NCBI GenBank assembly: GCA_964247055.1
Contig: OZ176050.1
Span: 3,596,001 to 3,660,000, forward strand
Source: Paragordius varius
Taxonomy: Eukaryota; Animalia; Nematomorpha
Length of the DNA: 64,000 bases
Direction of reading: 5' to 3'
Made by a program: the position numbers and the translations under genes. This document shows positions 10,544 to 23,365 of this stretch, in pieces (position 1 is the first letter of the stretch; each line of letters starts with the position of its first letter). Below the pieces are notes generated by a model. The model made no database searches. It was not told the origin of the DNA and saw only the letters and a list, made by a program, of their open reading frames with translations.

Positions 10544-12116
10544 TTATCTTTTAAATAAATTTTTATAGCCATTATAATTTAACCAAACCAAACTCAACGC
10601 TTATTTTTTATTTATTGATATTTAATTATTAATTGCATGAATGTTATTTTTGCGTTCAAAAAAGCGTTGGTTTGAATAAAAAATTATCCCTAGAGCAGGG
10701 TGTCTAACACCTGGCCCTAAATTTTTTAAGCTACCCATTTGGAAAAAAATCTAAATATAAACAACATTTTATAATTTAAGAAATATTTTGGTAAAAATAT
10801 AAAATTTTTATCATTGATTTTAAAATATTATTATTAAATACTAATTTTTTCAGTAAAGGGTTATTTTAAGGTTATTAATATTTATAGCCCTTTGATTAAA
10901 TTTGTAGAGTACTATGAGTGCCTTAAAAATAATTTTTTAACCGTAAAATAACAAGATTCAAAATTTATTATTGTTGATAAACTTAACTTTTTGATTTTTA
11001 AAATGTAGGCAAATATTAATAGATATTGCCAAATTTTGACAGCGCAATAAAAGAGAAATCAAATAATTTAGTAGTTATACCGTGACTGTAAATTCCATGA
11101 TTCAAATAGAAAAAATGTATTGATGTCTGTTTGATGAACTGAAGGCCCGCTAAGCCATTTGTGTTGGGCAAAAAAATTTAAAAAATCAATTTAAATTAAA
11201 GGTTAAGGGATTATATATTGAACCATTTTAAGATAATTTATTAATAATGCAGTTAATTGAAATTATGTGATGAGTTCAGTTGTAAAATTAAATTGGAAAA
11301 AATGTTAAGTTTGAATTGAGAAAGATTGGGATTATTGAATTTGGTTAAAAGTGTTGAATTTAGTTGAGAAGAGTTTAATATTATACAAAATGAACCGCAG
11401 ATAAGGTTGGTAGATTTTCGTATACAAATATTCGGTTATACTTGCAACGATTATAAATTCCTAACATTATATTTGTCCTAATAAATCAAAGAAAATATCA
11501 TAAAAATTTTATAAAATATTCTTTTTTGCTAATATAATAATTGTTTTAATATGATCTACGACAAACATCCTTTTACAAGTTTAATATTATATTTTTTTAC
11601 AAATGTATGCGATTGTTTCCATGGGGCAAATCTAGAATGTTATCGTTATTTTGGGTTTCTTAGCTTTTAAAGCTTAAAAGTATATTAGAAACATAATGAG
11701 AACAAATTAGTTGAATATTTTCTTCTCGGCAAGCATTGACACAATTATTGTAGAAATTGAAATTAAACGGACAAAACATGAAAATATTAAGACATTTATT
11801 TTCAAAATCCCTCCGATTTTCTTGATTTTTCCAAATATAATTTATTGTTTTAAATAGAAAATATAAAGTAGAGCTGTAAATTAGTAGTACCATAATCAAT
11901 AGTGTATTTTACATTTGTAATATAAATAATAATGTATAAAAAATTAAAAAGCTGTCTTTCGAAAAAAAATATTTATTAGGTTTTTCGCTTGTCATTATAT
12001 TTTCAATTTTTACTGTAATTATGATTGCTTTTTAAATGTAATTTAAATAAAATTTTTGATGAAAAAAATATTCCAGCCCTCAGTTGGTTGAGGATGAGTA
12101 TAAAAAAGCAAAAAAT

Positions 12117-12188
12117 CTCCCCGGCCGGGAATTGAACCCGGGTCTCCCGCGTGACAGGCGGGGATACTTACCACTATACTACCGAGGA
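12117..12188 (-). tRNA. tRNA-Asp (anticodon GTC), 72 nt
   Basis: The reverse complement is TCCTCGGTAGTATAGTGGTAAGTATCCCCGCCTGTCACGCGGGAGACCCGGGTTCAATTCCCGGCCGGGGAG. It has a 7-bp acceptor stem, A and B boxes and the GTC anticodon, followed by T-runs (Pol III terminator). Confidence 0.97.
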
Positions 12189-13116
12189 TTTAGTACTTAC
12201 CATCATTTTTTTAAATTATATCTGTTAATAATGTACAGATTAAATATCTCGGTGGCGTTCTCCCAACTGATTCACTTATGTAAAAGATTATACTTACAAC
12301 GTAAAAAATTTTTTTTCTCTGAAGTAGACATTGAGATCATCATAACATCCTCATTGCACTGAGGTTGCATATTTATTAGTGGCTATTTACTGTATCACAT
12401 GTGTACATTTGTTGAGTTTTTTTATCGGTGTGGTAGCAGAGTCGCTTTAAATAATATTGTAGCCGCCAATGGGTGTGTTGTATTAACTTGAATGAGTTGG
12501 TTGTGGAATCAATGATAAGCCTGTTCAGAGGCTCGCAAAACTAAGTGTTTACCGCCCGAGAAGACCATAAAGTTAGTCTAAGTTTGATGGGGGAATGGTT
12601 ATTATTCTTGTTCAACGCTAATAATAATTAAATTTCGGGGTAATCTAGATTCATACACATACAAAGCACTTTTTGAAATCTTTATCCATTTAAATTTGTG
12701 AGTTTTCGAATATCAGCATAGAGTTTTATACATAGATTAGGCAAGATCATGCCTTTTTAAAAAATTGACAATTCTTGAATTAAATTTTTTACTCTAACTA
12801 GTTCCAAATGATTTAAACTAGGTCCACCATGCGTAGGGTGACCAAACGTCCCGCTTTTTCACACTTTGTCCCGCGTCCCGTACGTTTTTGAAATGTCCCG
12901 CTCTTTCACGAAAAAAAATTTTTTTAAATATATTTAAATTTTTTATAAAAAATTTTATTTTTTTATCCGTTTATCATATGATTATACACTTTGCTTCCTA
13001 ATCCTACTGCCAACATTATCAAAAAGACAAATTAATACCACAAATCGGTAGCTTATACGTTTACTCCAGAAAATTAAGGTAATATATATTTTTTATACTA
13101 ATATTAATTTAAAAAT

Positions 13117-14830
13117 ATGAGTACAAAAAGAGGTTGTAAATTCAATGATGAATTAATGAAAGAATTTCCTTTTATCAAAAAAAACAAAGAATGAATCATT
13201 TGTTAAATGATCTTTATGAGAGGGGAAATTCGCCCTAGCATATGGCGGCAAGCATGATATTACAAATTATGGACACACAAAAATATAAAACCTGTTTAGA
13301 TATGGCGGCATCATCTTACAAAATGAGCGTTTTTATCGAAAAACCGCTTTTGGAGAGGAAGACAAATATTTGGCACTAGCCGAAGGCGTTTTATCTTTTC
13401 ACGCCGTTAATCACAATCATTCCATTAGATCTATGGATTGTACCTCAATTCGTACCTTATATAATAAAAAATTTGCATGTGCCCGTACAAAAGTTGAAGC
13501 CATTGTATGCAATGTCCTTTCGCCACATGCATTTTCTGAAATACAATAAGATTTTCTGAAAATTAATTTCACATCGCTATACTTTGATGCATCGAATCAC
13601 AAGGAAATAAAATTATTTCCCACTAAAAATTTTGAATATTATTTCTCTACCCGGTGAAAGTTCCGACATAATTTTTACTTCATTAATGCATATTCTATTT
13701 TAAAAGACAAAATAATCGCATATTGCGCTGACAACACCAATACGAACTTCGATGGAAAAGCAAGGAGGGGAACAAAAAATATTTTTCATAAATTAGCAGA
13801 TAATCTTATTCAAAACATTATTGGCGTTGGGTGTGAAGCGCATATAATACACAACGCTATTCAAACAGCTGCTGATTTGTTTCCCATAGATGTGGAAAAT
13901 GTAGTTTAAAATATATTTCTATTTATACACGGTACGCGTTGAAACGCTTAAGAATTCTGTGAAAATGCAGAAGTTCAAATGCTTGGATATTGTAAAACCC
14001 GTTTAGCTCTTCTGCCAGCTATCGAAAGAGTTTTATATGTATGATCCATTAAAATCCTATTTTATATCCCAGGACAAAGTCCTCAAACTTTGGAAAAGTT
14101 TTTGAAAGTGATACTTCCAAAATATGGTTATTCCTACATAATCAAGTTACTCTCTTTCCAAATGTTATTAAATTAATAGAAGGTGACAAAATTTCGGAAA
14201 TCGAAGTAGCCAATTAGTAACCTAAAATTCAAATGTCAAGAACGGTTTAAAATTATTTACCATTACCATCGCAATATTAAAAATAATTTAGAAAAACAAT
14301 GCCTAATAAATCGCCAAGATATCCTGTACCGCATTAAAATGTTTTATACAATTTGTAAAGATTATTTGGAAGACCGGACAGTGCAATTTAATAAAATTGC
14401 TCATTTTCATTGGATAACATTAAAACCAGAATTAAAATGGTGCGGTGTTTAAAAATCATTTGATTACATCTGCATCTCCCAAAAATTCCCAAAAATTATT
14501 CTTTCAGAAAATGATCTTTTTTCTGAAGTATCTTAAGTTAAAAATTATATTAATAATGAAAACTTAAATTATGGACAACAGAAAATAATACAGTAAAAAA
14601 GAATGGTTAGAAATATTTTATCATTTTGTAACAAGTTATGTTCCATACAATAATATTGTGGAATTTGCACTATCTTCTGGAACCAACGCTGCTACTGAGC
14701 GCGTTTTTTCCACAGTAAATCAAGTGTGGACATCGGAAAAATCAAATTTAAATGTTAAAACTTTAAAGGCCATTTATTAGTCAAATATAATTTGACAATT
14801 CTTGTGAAAACTACCATATTTTAAAATATG
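13117..14830 (+). pseudogene. Decayed hAT transposase (long arm of element 1)
   Basis: Starts MSTKRGCKFNDELMKEFPFI. Fragments FACARTK, IIGVGCEAHIIHNAIQTAAD and GTNAATERVFSTVNQVWT (hAT C-terminal dimerisation motif) are interrupted by stops and frameshifts. End coordinate is approximate. Confidence 0.85.
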
Positions 14831-14899
14831 ATGACAATCTGCCAAAACGCATTCAATTAAATAAATAAAATACCCAAGAATAAAATATTTTCTTATATT

Positions 14900-15940
14900 T
14901 ATAAAGTTTTTGTGTTAAAAAATAAAAAAAAAATACTTAAAATATTGTAATAAGTCTTCATAATAATTTGTTAAATTATATTTTAACACTTAAAATGGCT
15001 TTTAAAGTTTTAACATTTAAATTTAATTTTTCCGTGTCCACACTTGATTTACTGTGGAAAAAGCGCGTTCAATAGTGGGTTCAGGTTAAGATAATGCAAA
15101 TTCTACAATTTTTAAAATATTATTGTATGAATATAGTTTGTTTAAAAATGATTATCCAAACCATCTCTATTCTACTGTATCTTTTTGTGTTTTCCATAAT
15201 TTAAGTTTTTGTCATCAATATATTTATTCAATAATGATACTTCAGAAAAAAGTGTCATTGAAGTGCACCATCTTGTCTTCCAAATAATCTTTTCAGTTTG
15301 TATAAAACATTTTTATATCATGGCTATGCATTGAGATTTGTTTTTCTGGAAGATTTAAATATTGCGATCAGGTAATGGTATAAAATTATTTTCTAATTTT
15401 TCTTAACTTGGAATTTTAGATATTTGTACTGTGATAAAAAATAGGATTCTAGGCGATCATACATTTTTAAATTTTTTTCAATAGCTGGCAAAAGAGCTAA
15501 CCAACGAGTTCTACAATATCCAAGCATTTTAACAACTACATTTTCCACATCCAGGAGTAACGAATCAGCAGCTGTTTAAATAGCGTTGTGTAACCGCCAA
15601 TAATGTTTTGATTTAGATTATTCGCTAAATTATTAAAAATATTTTTTTGTGCCGCACTTGCATTTCCACCCAGCGCAGTTTGCGATGATTTTGTCTTTTA
15701 AATTATTTTTTTCCAGAATATTCATTATTGAAGTAAAATTTATGTCAGGATTTTCACTAGGTTGAGAATGAGAGTGGAAGATAATTTTGTGCATTAGAAT
15801 ATAGCGATGTGAAATTTATTTTCTGCAAACTTTTTCTATTTCAGAAAATGCATGTGGTGAAAGGACATTGCATACAATCGCCTCCTTTGTTCGTGCACAT
15901 GTAAATTTATTAAATTACGAATAACCTGAAACCAAGGAAT
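14900..15940 (-). pseudogene. Second, inverted and internally deleted copy of the same transposase (short arm of element 1)
   Basis: The reverse complement matches about 13470-14880. For example, attgtatgcaatgtcctttcaccacatgcattttctgaaat corresponds to attgtatgcaatgtcctttcgccacatgcattttctgaaat, and ttttccacagtaaatcaagtgtggaca is present in both arms. Boundaries are approximate. Confidence 0.85.
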
Positions 15941-16949
15941 AAAATATTTTATATATTTATAATGTATTATTGTTAAAAATAAATAGATATTACAATAAGT
16001 TTTTTGTATAAAAATTTTTGGTTGTACCCCCCCCCCCCCCAATGCATCCCCCCTTTCTCAGATTTGTCCTGCTTTTTCCTTCAAAAAATCTGGTCACCCT
16101 AACCATGCGGTCCTCCATTTGGTGCACGAAAAATTTGAAATTTTACTAATAGGACAATAATGCAAGTATTGTTTTTTTTTCCAAAAAATCTAACTAATAT
16201 TTTGTAACACTTATGAATAGGTCATCCACATTTTAACAATGAACAAAATTTGTGAAAAAATATTGTACTAGTATTATTTCAGGTTTATGTTATATTAAAA
16301 AGGTAATTGCTGCCCGCGCATTTCTGTTAAACATCCCTGATTAAATATGTAACATTTACAAAAGTTTTAAGCCATATTAATTTTGACATATCTATTGTTT
16401 GTATTGGTCTTATTAGTGGGGTTGATTATTATGCTATTTTGATATTTTTTTAATAGAACACACATTTGTTCCATTGTTAAATTGTGTTGTAATTATATTT
16501 TGGTGTTTATTTCTTTAATATGTAACATAGCGAAGAGCAGAACTTCAGTTGCGAATCGGTATACTGATACATTTAATTTGATGATGATTTATTTTATCTA
16601 TAATCATGAAATTCTGGAAAAAGGTTAATTATTAGGATTCGTTTTATTTTGAGTTTTAATTACTCAAAATTTGTTGATTTTATATCTTTAAAAGATTTGA
16701 TTACTGGGAAAATATTTCTTTAGAAATAAATAAAATATTCACCGACAATCGGTAACAATTTATTCATGCAAAGAGTTAGCGAATTAATGTATAGTTATTT
16801 CAGCACTTAAAAAATGACATTATTAGCTGGTATAAATAATGGAAATAAAATTTTTGATAAAAGAACTCAAGACCAATCCGTAGAGTAGATATAAACTAAC
16901 TTTATCATCACCTTAAAATAAAATTTAGTGATAAAGAAATGATTACGAA

Positions 16950-17260
16950 AAACTTGTGGGCACAGTCAGTTTCAATAAAGTTTTTGTTAAATTGTTTTAC
17001 AATTTCGCTGAAATCGACTTAGCCCTTTTTTGAATAAGCTACTCGATTTAGTCTCTTTTAGCGTGAAAATAGGACTCTTGAAATAATATTGACTTTTAAG
17101 CATATTCCCGCAAAACATAGAGGCTTATTCAGTTTCTATGATAATTCTTTCAATTGTTTTGCAATTGTGCCAAAACTAACTAAGCCTCCCTCTCTGTCCC
17201 GCCCGTGTTTATTTACCAAAATATTGGCTTTAAAGCAATTTGCCCATTCTTTTTGTCCTA
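16950..17260 (-). repeat. Short reverse-oriented cluster of the ~150-bp satellite family
   Basis: gacttagcccttttttgaa (~17015) and actaactaagcctcc are reverse-complement variants of the aaaaagggcttagtca motif. Confidence 0.5.
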
Positions 17261-17393
17261 AATATATTAATTAATTTTATTTCCGTTTTCGCATGGATCT
17301 ATTTGTTTTATTATTGACAAGCTTATAATTGTCTAATCATATGCTAAGCAGAGTTGGAATGGAAAGATAAGCGATATTTTTGCATCTTCCTAA

Positions 17394-17753
17394 TTTCAGG
17401 GGTGCACAACAATTTTGTATCCAAGTCATTTTTACTTGTGGTTTCGTAAATTAGGGCGGTATTATACGTGATGGTGATTGTGTCTCGTAATTATTACTAT
17501 TATTAGTGTTAGCCCTATATTTCGGATTATTTAATTATGTTAATCTTCAAAGGATATGATATTATCACACTTGCTATACGGAAACATTTTAGCTACATCC
17601 CCAATCCTATAAACTATAACGATGAATACTTGCATAAGCCTAAATATTTGCAAAAATTTTAACGATCCACGAATCAATTGGCATTACGCTAATACTATTA
17701 AAAATAAAAATTACCAGAGACAATAACCAAATACTTACAATATCACCCTGAAA
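17394..17753. mobile_element. Foldback/MITE-like element
   Basis: Ends tttcaggggtg and caccctgaaa are inverted. The internal segment gtgtctcgtaattattactattattagtgttagc has an imperfect inverted counterpart, gctaatactattaaaaataaaaattaccagagac. No clean TSD was found. Confidence 0.4.
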
Positions 17754-18493
17754 AGAGAAACAAGAAAAAAATGGTTTGAACACAAGTTTGAGTTGTTAAA
17801 TATCCTGAAAAAGAAAGAAGATGTAACAAATACTCGTTTATCTTTCTATTACACTGCTAAGTATTTGATTAGATAATTTTATATGTGGAACATTTACACA
17901 AGCTTTACGCCACATAAATTTGAATATTAAACAGTAAACATAAATATTATCTGTTATAATGAAAATTTTATTGCAGAATAATATATATGAATGTGTTTAA
18001 CCTTTTAGTTTTATGGACTATAAAATTTATCTATCTATTTAAAAATTTTGACATATAATTGTGTATATATTTGTTAAACCTTACTACCATTACAAAGTAT
18101 ATTTTTAATATAATTTTTGTTAATTTAAATAATTTACTTATTCCGATAACTTCTAGTCATGCATTCCTGACAGTGACCGCTTTCTAACTGTGATTTTCTG
18201 TTGTTATTTTTATTTAATGTATATTTAAAACTATTATTAAATCTCGTTTTTTTTCTTATATCAAATTATGCGAATTTGCATTTGAGGTATTTTCGACTGC
18301 GCTGTCAAGGATATAATTTTTCGACCGGTCAAACAATCTAGGCATTATCATAACATTTTTTATACAATGCAAAAAATTTAGTTTCGTGTGTGTGGGTTAG
18401 AGGCTAGTAGCGTAGCAATTCCTACCTTTCTCATAGATAAGCAGGTTTTAATTTCAGACCATCTTGTGACTCCCGAATTATGTAGAGGAAGGG

Positions 18494-18860
18494 CAGGGGC
18501 GTACCGAGGGGGGGGGGGGGGCAAGGGGGTGCATCATGCCCCGGGCGCCGTTATTTAGGGGCGCCTAAATGATTTTTTAAAATTAAATTTTAATTATGCG
18601 AAAATAATAAGAACTTTCAAATGAGATTTTTCAGCTAGGTAATTATCCCTATAATATATACTCTATTATTCACCTAATTAGTACCATTGAATAAATTTAG
18701 TATCATTTAAATATATATATATTTAAAATTTATATGACTGTGCTGTCTTATCTATGTGTTTTTTTACTAAATTGTTTTATTGGCTTTAAAAAAAAAGGGG
18801 GGGGGGGGGCGCCATAAAAGTTTTATGCCCCGGGCGCCGCAAACGCTCGGTACGCCACTG
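18494..18860. mobile_element. hAT-type MITE, 367 bp
   Basis: 15-bp TIRs CAGGGGCGTACCGAG and CAGTGGCGTACCGAG (1 mismatch). Perfect 8-bp TSD AGGAAGGG at 18486-18493 and 18861-18868. Subterminal gccccgggcgcc motifs and G-runs. Confidence 0.92.
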
Positions 18861-20276
18861 AGGAAGGGTAAGGTTTATACTCATCAAAAAACTTGACTGG
18901 CCAAATTAATTGTTTTTTGTTCAAGGGTCGTGCACCATGTAATACCTTTCAATATTTCAGATCCGTTTGTCCATATAACTCCACCAAAGTTTTTGCGAGT
19001 CTCATATAAATCGCACCTAAAATGACTCTTGTGCCTTATATGTTATAAAAATATTGACAGTAACTAATAACAATCACATAAGTGGACATATTTTATATTT
19101 AAACACATTCTAAATTATCGCTTGATCATTTACTTTTCACGATCCAACATAATTATTTTACATTACAAATATATTTCTAATTTGCTAAATATGCAGTATT
19201 CCATTAATTTAATGTTAAAAATAAAATTATATTTTTCATAAGCTTTTTTGTTGAATATAGAATATTGTAGCCAAGAGTACAAATTTTTAAACGAAGATGT
19301 ATGCGATAATTCTATCTCTGATCGTTGTAAAATTGTAAACCAGCCACTTTAAACCTAAATAAAACTTATGTACTCCAAATGTTTTCAGCTTTAGTTGGAA
19401 TTGAAATCGGGAATACAGGTATTAAATGAATTTTTTGTTGTTAAACTTGATAGTTGATATCATTTTTTGATATCCCCTTAATTATATTTAGCTTAATATA
19501 CGTTAATATAAATATATTAAAAATTTATGTAAAACTGTTTAATCATATTTAAAAATGGCTAACAATTTGAAGGCAATATTGGTCCTTAAAGGTGAGTTCG
19601 ACATATTAATTATCCCCGAAAAAATTAATTATTTAAAAATTTAAAAATCACGTGTTTAGACTTTATTCATTATTTTTTGGATTTCGACTGTTTTACCGTA
19701 TCTCACATACGCTGTAAAGGAAAAAATGTAAATTATCCTATCATTTACATGTATTTTCTATCTCTACAAATTGTAATAATATTTTATTACGAAGTAATTG
19801 CACACAGCCTTTACGGTTATTATAACCTTATACAAAAATTTGCTGATATGTTGAAAAAATTTAAAACAATACATGGAATATTTTCGTTAAATGTAACAAA
19901 AGGCTTGCTATCAAGCCTTTTATTATAAAAGCCAATCTTTGGTCTAGAATGTCTCTCCTTTTTTAAGCTTTATTTAATTTTGAAGCCAAAGAATGGTGTA
20001 TAAAACTTTTTGAGAATGAGAAATGTGTGTTGGATTTGGAAAATGCATTTCACATTCTAAATCTCATGTCAAATACCCCTTGCTTATGTAATAATATTGG
20101 TAAATTTAATCTATTTTTTAGTGTAAAACAAAATAATTCTCTATAATATTAAGCACAGACGTTAACCATGTGTAGTTATAAGAATTTACCAACTTTTTAG
20201 TCAAAAACGTAAATTTAAAGGGAAATCAATTTTTTTTTCATAATTTGTAATCTGTCTCTACACACCATCTCGTGTA

Positions 20277-20920
20277 TTATATTTAGGCATGCTGGAATAA
20301 TTGAGTCTTTTTGAACCATTTGTCAAGCTTTTTCCAACGTTTTCCAAATTGTAAATGCTGCTCTGCGTGCGTATGCCCTACCGAAGACGTATAAATGTCG
20401 CGAGGTCAGGAGAGTACATTGAATGCAGAAGAATTTCCCGTCGAAGCAATTTTAAGATGTTTATTAATTGTTTCGCCAAAAGAATTGTTTTGTACAAATA
20501 TATTGTCATGTCTTTTGTCCCATTCCGGTCATGGGTCTTGATGAACCGTTTTGGCAAGGTAAAGGCCACCAGCTTTTGATTAACAAATAAAACTATCTCT
20601 CATCACTCGTGTTATTTTGAAGCAAAAGTAAAATCCTTTGACGACGTGTAGAAGGATCTCAAATTAACAAGCGATTTTCGATGAGAAGATCATTCGAATT
20701 GTGTGGCACTCATTTACCGTTATTGATCCTTCCCATTGCTCGTAGACATCTACTGGTTATTTACATGTGATGCTTCTGCCAATTGCCGTTTAGTAGTGTG
20801 TCCTCATCCAATTCCTTTTTCACTTCGTCTTCGCCGCTATGTTGTTTGCCAGACCACTTTCGTTTTGAAATCATAAATTTGAAATTTTTAACAATGTTTC
20901 ACATATGATAATTGGTAGAG
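20277..20920 (-). mobile_element. Decayed mariner transposase remnant
   Basis: Minus-strand fragments include HSMYSPDLA (the YSPDLAP motif), a preceding HDRN resembling HDNA, and upstream FQNESG, QLAEASH and MGRI...VPH segments. It is frameshifted and boundaries are approximate. Confidence 0.75.
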
Positions 20921-20942
20921 ACCCATGTTCGGGTAAGTATTA

Positions 20943-21033
20943 CTTACGTCCTTATGCTTACATCCTTATACTTAAATCCTTATGCTTACGTCCTTATGCT
21001 TAAATCCTTATGCTTACGTCCTTATGCTTACAT
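20943..21033. repeat. 14-bp minisatellite, about 6.5 copies (cttacgtccttatg), with alternating variants
   Basis: Units in order: cttacgtccttatg, cttacatccttata, cttaaatccttatg, cttacgtccttatg, cttaaatccttatg, cttacgtccttatg, cttacat. Confidence 0.92.
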
Positions 21034-21789
21034 TTTTGAATAAATATCATACATTCATCATGAGTCTGCTCCTAGTAGACTTATTAAAATTTCAAAGTGG
21101 CATAACTTTAAAAATTTTGCGAATTTTTGAATTCTGTAAATTGGAGGATATAAACAAAATTATATTTAACAAATAATATATAGGTTGGACTAATGTTGCT
21201 TTAATCTTACGATAAAAGGGGTTTACATAACCCTGTTAAAAATGGATAAATCTTAAAACATGCATGCAAAATCCAAAGTTTGAAGAAATATGTACACATT
21301 TTATTGAACTATATTTTTAAAATTTATTTGAGTCATGGAAATCGAAATATTAGCATACTTTGTGAAATAAAAAAATCTACCCAGTTTTTGAATTCTTTAA
21401 ATTGGAGGAAAAAAATGATGTATATATAACAAATTATTTATAGGTTTTAGAAATTGGAATACCCTCATACACATCTTAGTGAACTAGCTTCTTTAAAAAA
21501 TATATCTGCAACACACATGTAAAATCCTAAGTTTTTTAGAAGTGTGTTGATTTAACTATATTTTTTAGATTTTGATGTCATGGCGATTGAATTATCTGCC
21601 CACTTTTTACATATTGAGGATGAAGCATTGAAGAATCTAATTATCCACAGTGCACAAAATCGGAGGCCATAAAAAATATCCTGATGAATCAAATATGTTG
21701 CATATTAGGAATATCTTAGTGCTTTTGGTTTTTGGTCTAACGAATAATTTAGAGTTATATTCAATTTTGTGGTAATTGTTCCTTATCGA

Positions 21790-22320
21790 AAGGTTGTTCG
21801 GCACATTCAGAAAAAGGTATTATGGAAATAGCCCCAACGTATTTCAGGATGTGCTTTAAAACCAACATTTGTAATAAACCCATTACATGGGTGACTCTGG
21901 ATTGAGGCGCTATTAAAAAAAGAGTGAATCACCCTCGGCACATTTTTAATCAAAAATTACCGCTACTGATTTTGCATGGGCCTACACGTTTTCCGAAAAA
22001 TGGCTTCAAAATCAATATCCCCATTTTTTCACTAAAGGGGGCTGAATTGAGGGACTAAAAAAGGGCTTAGTAATTTTCGGGGCATTCTCAAAACGATAAA
22101 AGGATACACTATTTAAACTAAATATATCCACACGTTTTTCGGAAACGTCTTTTAAACTTATATTAAAGGGACCTATTTTTTCAAAAAACCCGATTTTACG
22201 GGTTGGAGCGAAATTAAAAGCCTTATTAAAAAAGGGCTTAGTCATTGTCGGAGTATTTAAAAATGATTAAATAATTTTCACTTTGGAATTAGAATAGACT
22301 TATACATTTCCCTAAACGTT
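21790..22320 (+). repeat. ~150-bp satellite family cluster (about 3 monomers)
   Basis: aaaaaagggcttagta (~22057), aaaaaagggcttagtca (~22229), caccctcggc and cctacacgtttt match the array at 590-1790. Confidence 0.75.
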
Positions 22321-22959
22321 AATCGAAGCCAACACCTTTTATTTTTTTAAAATAAGATATATATATATATAGATCAAACAACACATACAAATGATGACAT
22401 CGACTGCTAAAATACAGAAAGGATAAAACCATTATCACAAATTACCTGAAACTTCAGGAAAATCAAATATATGAGAAAACCCAATCATAACAAATGGAAA
22501 CTATTATGTCCGTAACCTTTTCACAGGAAAAAAGCTTTAAAATACCTCCAAATGACACTTATTTTATATAAGAATAAAAATAAACCCTTCGAATGCGGAA
22601 TTTGAAATGTATAATTAGTAATTGCACCCTTTTATTTGTTGTGAAAACCAAACCATCTTGAATACTATAGCTTTCATTAAATATGTACGTTTGATGATGT
22701 CTATTATCTTTAATAATAATAATAAACAATAATTGTAGCCTGTCGGTTCTAAATTTTGAAATGTTCAATTTTTATCTATATTTAAAAAAAATTAAAAAAG
22801 AAAAAAAGTATATTGAACTTTGACAAGATGAGCCAAATCTAATGTTTAAGTGATTTTAACTGTTCCCTCACCAATTTATACATGGGAGGCAGCCTAGTTA
22901 AAATGAAATGCAAAAATATGGAAATCGCTGGAGAGATGCCAACACGAACGACATATTTA

Positions 22960-23290
22960 TGGCCCGTCAGATGTTGATGCAATTCGTTAATTGTTGGCTA
23001 ATAAAATATGTACCAATATTATTGTTAATTTTATTTTTTAGACTAAATGACAAGAGCCATTGCGATTTACCTTATGCACATTTATGCTGGTAAACATTAT
23101 ATTTGGCCAATTTGTAATACAGTAGCGCATGAATAACAACAAACGGTTTAAATTAAAAATTTTCCCATCTCACAATATTAAATTTTTAATTATGGACAAA
23201 GTTTGTTTTATGTCATACTCTACTGTATTACCAATTGGCCAACAATAATGTGAATTGACCAACATTATCGTGTTTACTGTATATGCGACC
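22960..23290. repeat. Foldback (inverted repeat) element
   Basis: ttggccaatttgtaatacagtag (23103-23125) pairs with ctactgtattaccaattggccaa (23220-23242) at 22/23. Weaker inverted similarity extends outward. Confidence 0.6.
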
Positions 23291-23365
23291 TTTTAAATCA
23301 AAAAATCCGGCGGAACGCATTCACAAAATATATATGCATCAAAAAATATTTTATTAAATTCAAAC

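Larger units (their letters stand above)
12834..16101 (+). mobile_element. hAT DNA transposon (Blackjack-like), complete ends, non-autonomous, with internal inverted transposase duplication
   Basis: TIR TAGGGTGACCA at both ends. Perfect 8-bp TSD ACCATGCG at 12826-12833 and 16102-16109. Subterminal GTCCCG repeats. Decayed transposase inside. Confidence 0.93.

Noticed and set aside
10696-11170. Charlie-like MITE starting cagggtgtctaacacc
   Set aside because: No matching right TIR or TSD. Similar orphan ends occur at ~42560, ~45097 and ~47000.
12240-12620. Possible LTR-retrotransposon integrase remnant on the - strand
   Set aside because: Only vague peptide resemblance across broken frames, with no diagnostic motif and no LTR.
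19585-19960. Kolobok-like element starting TTAA-AGG
   Set aside because: No inverted partner end was found.
20943-21033. CRISPR-like array
   Set aside because: The 14-bp units are contiguous with no unique spacers, there are no cas genes, and the context is eukaryotic. It is a simple minisatellite.
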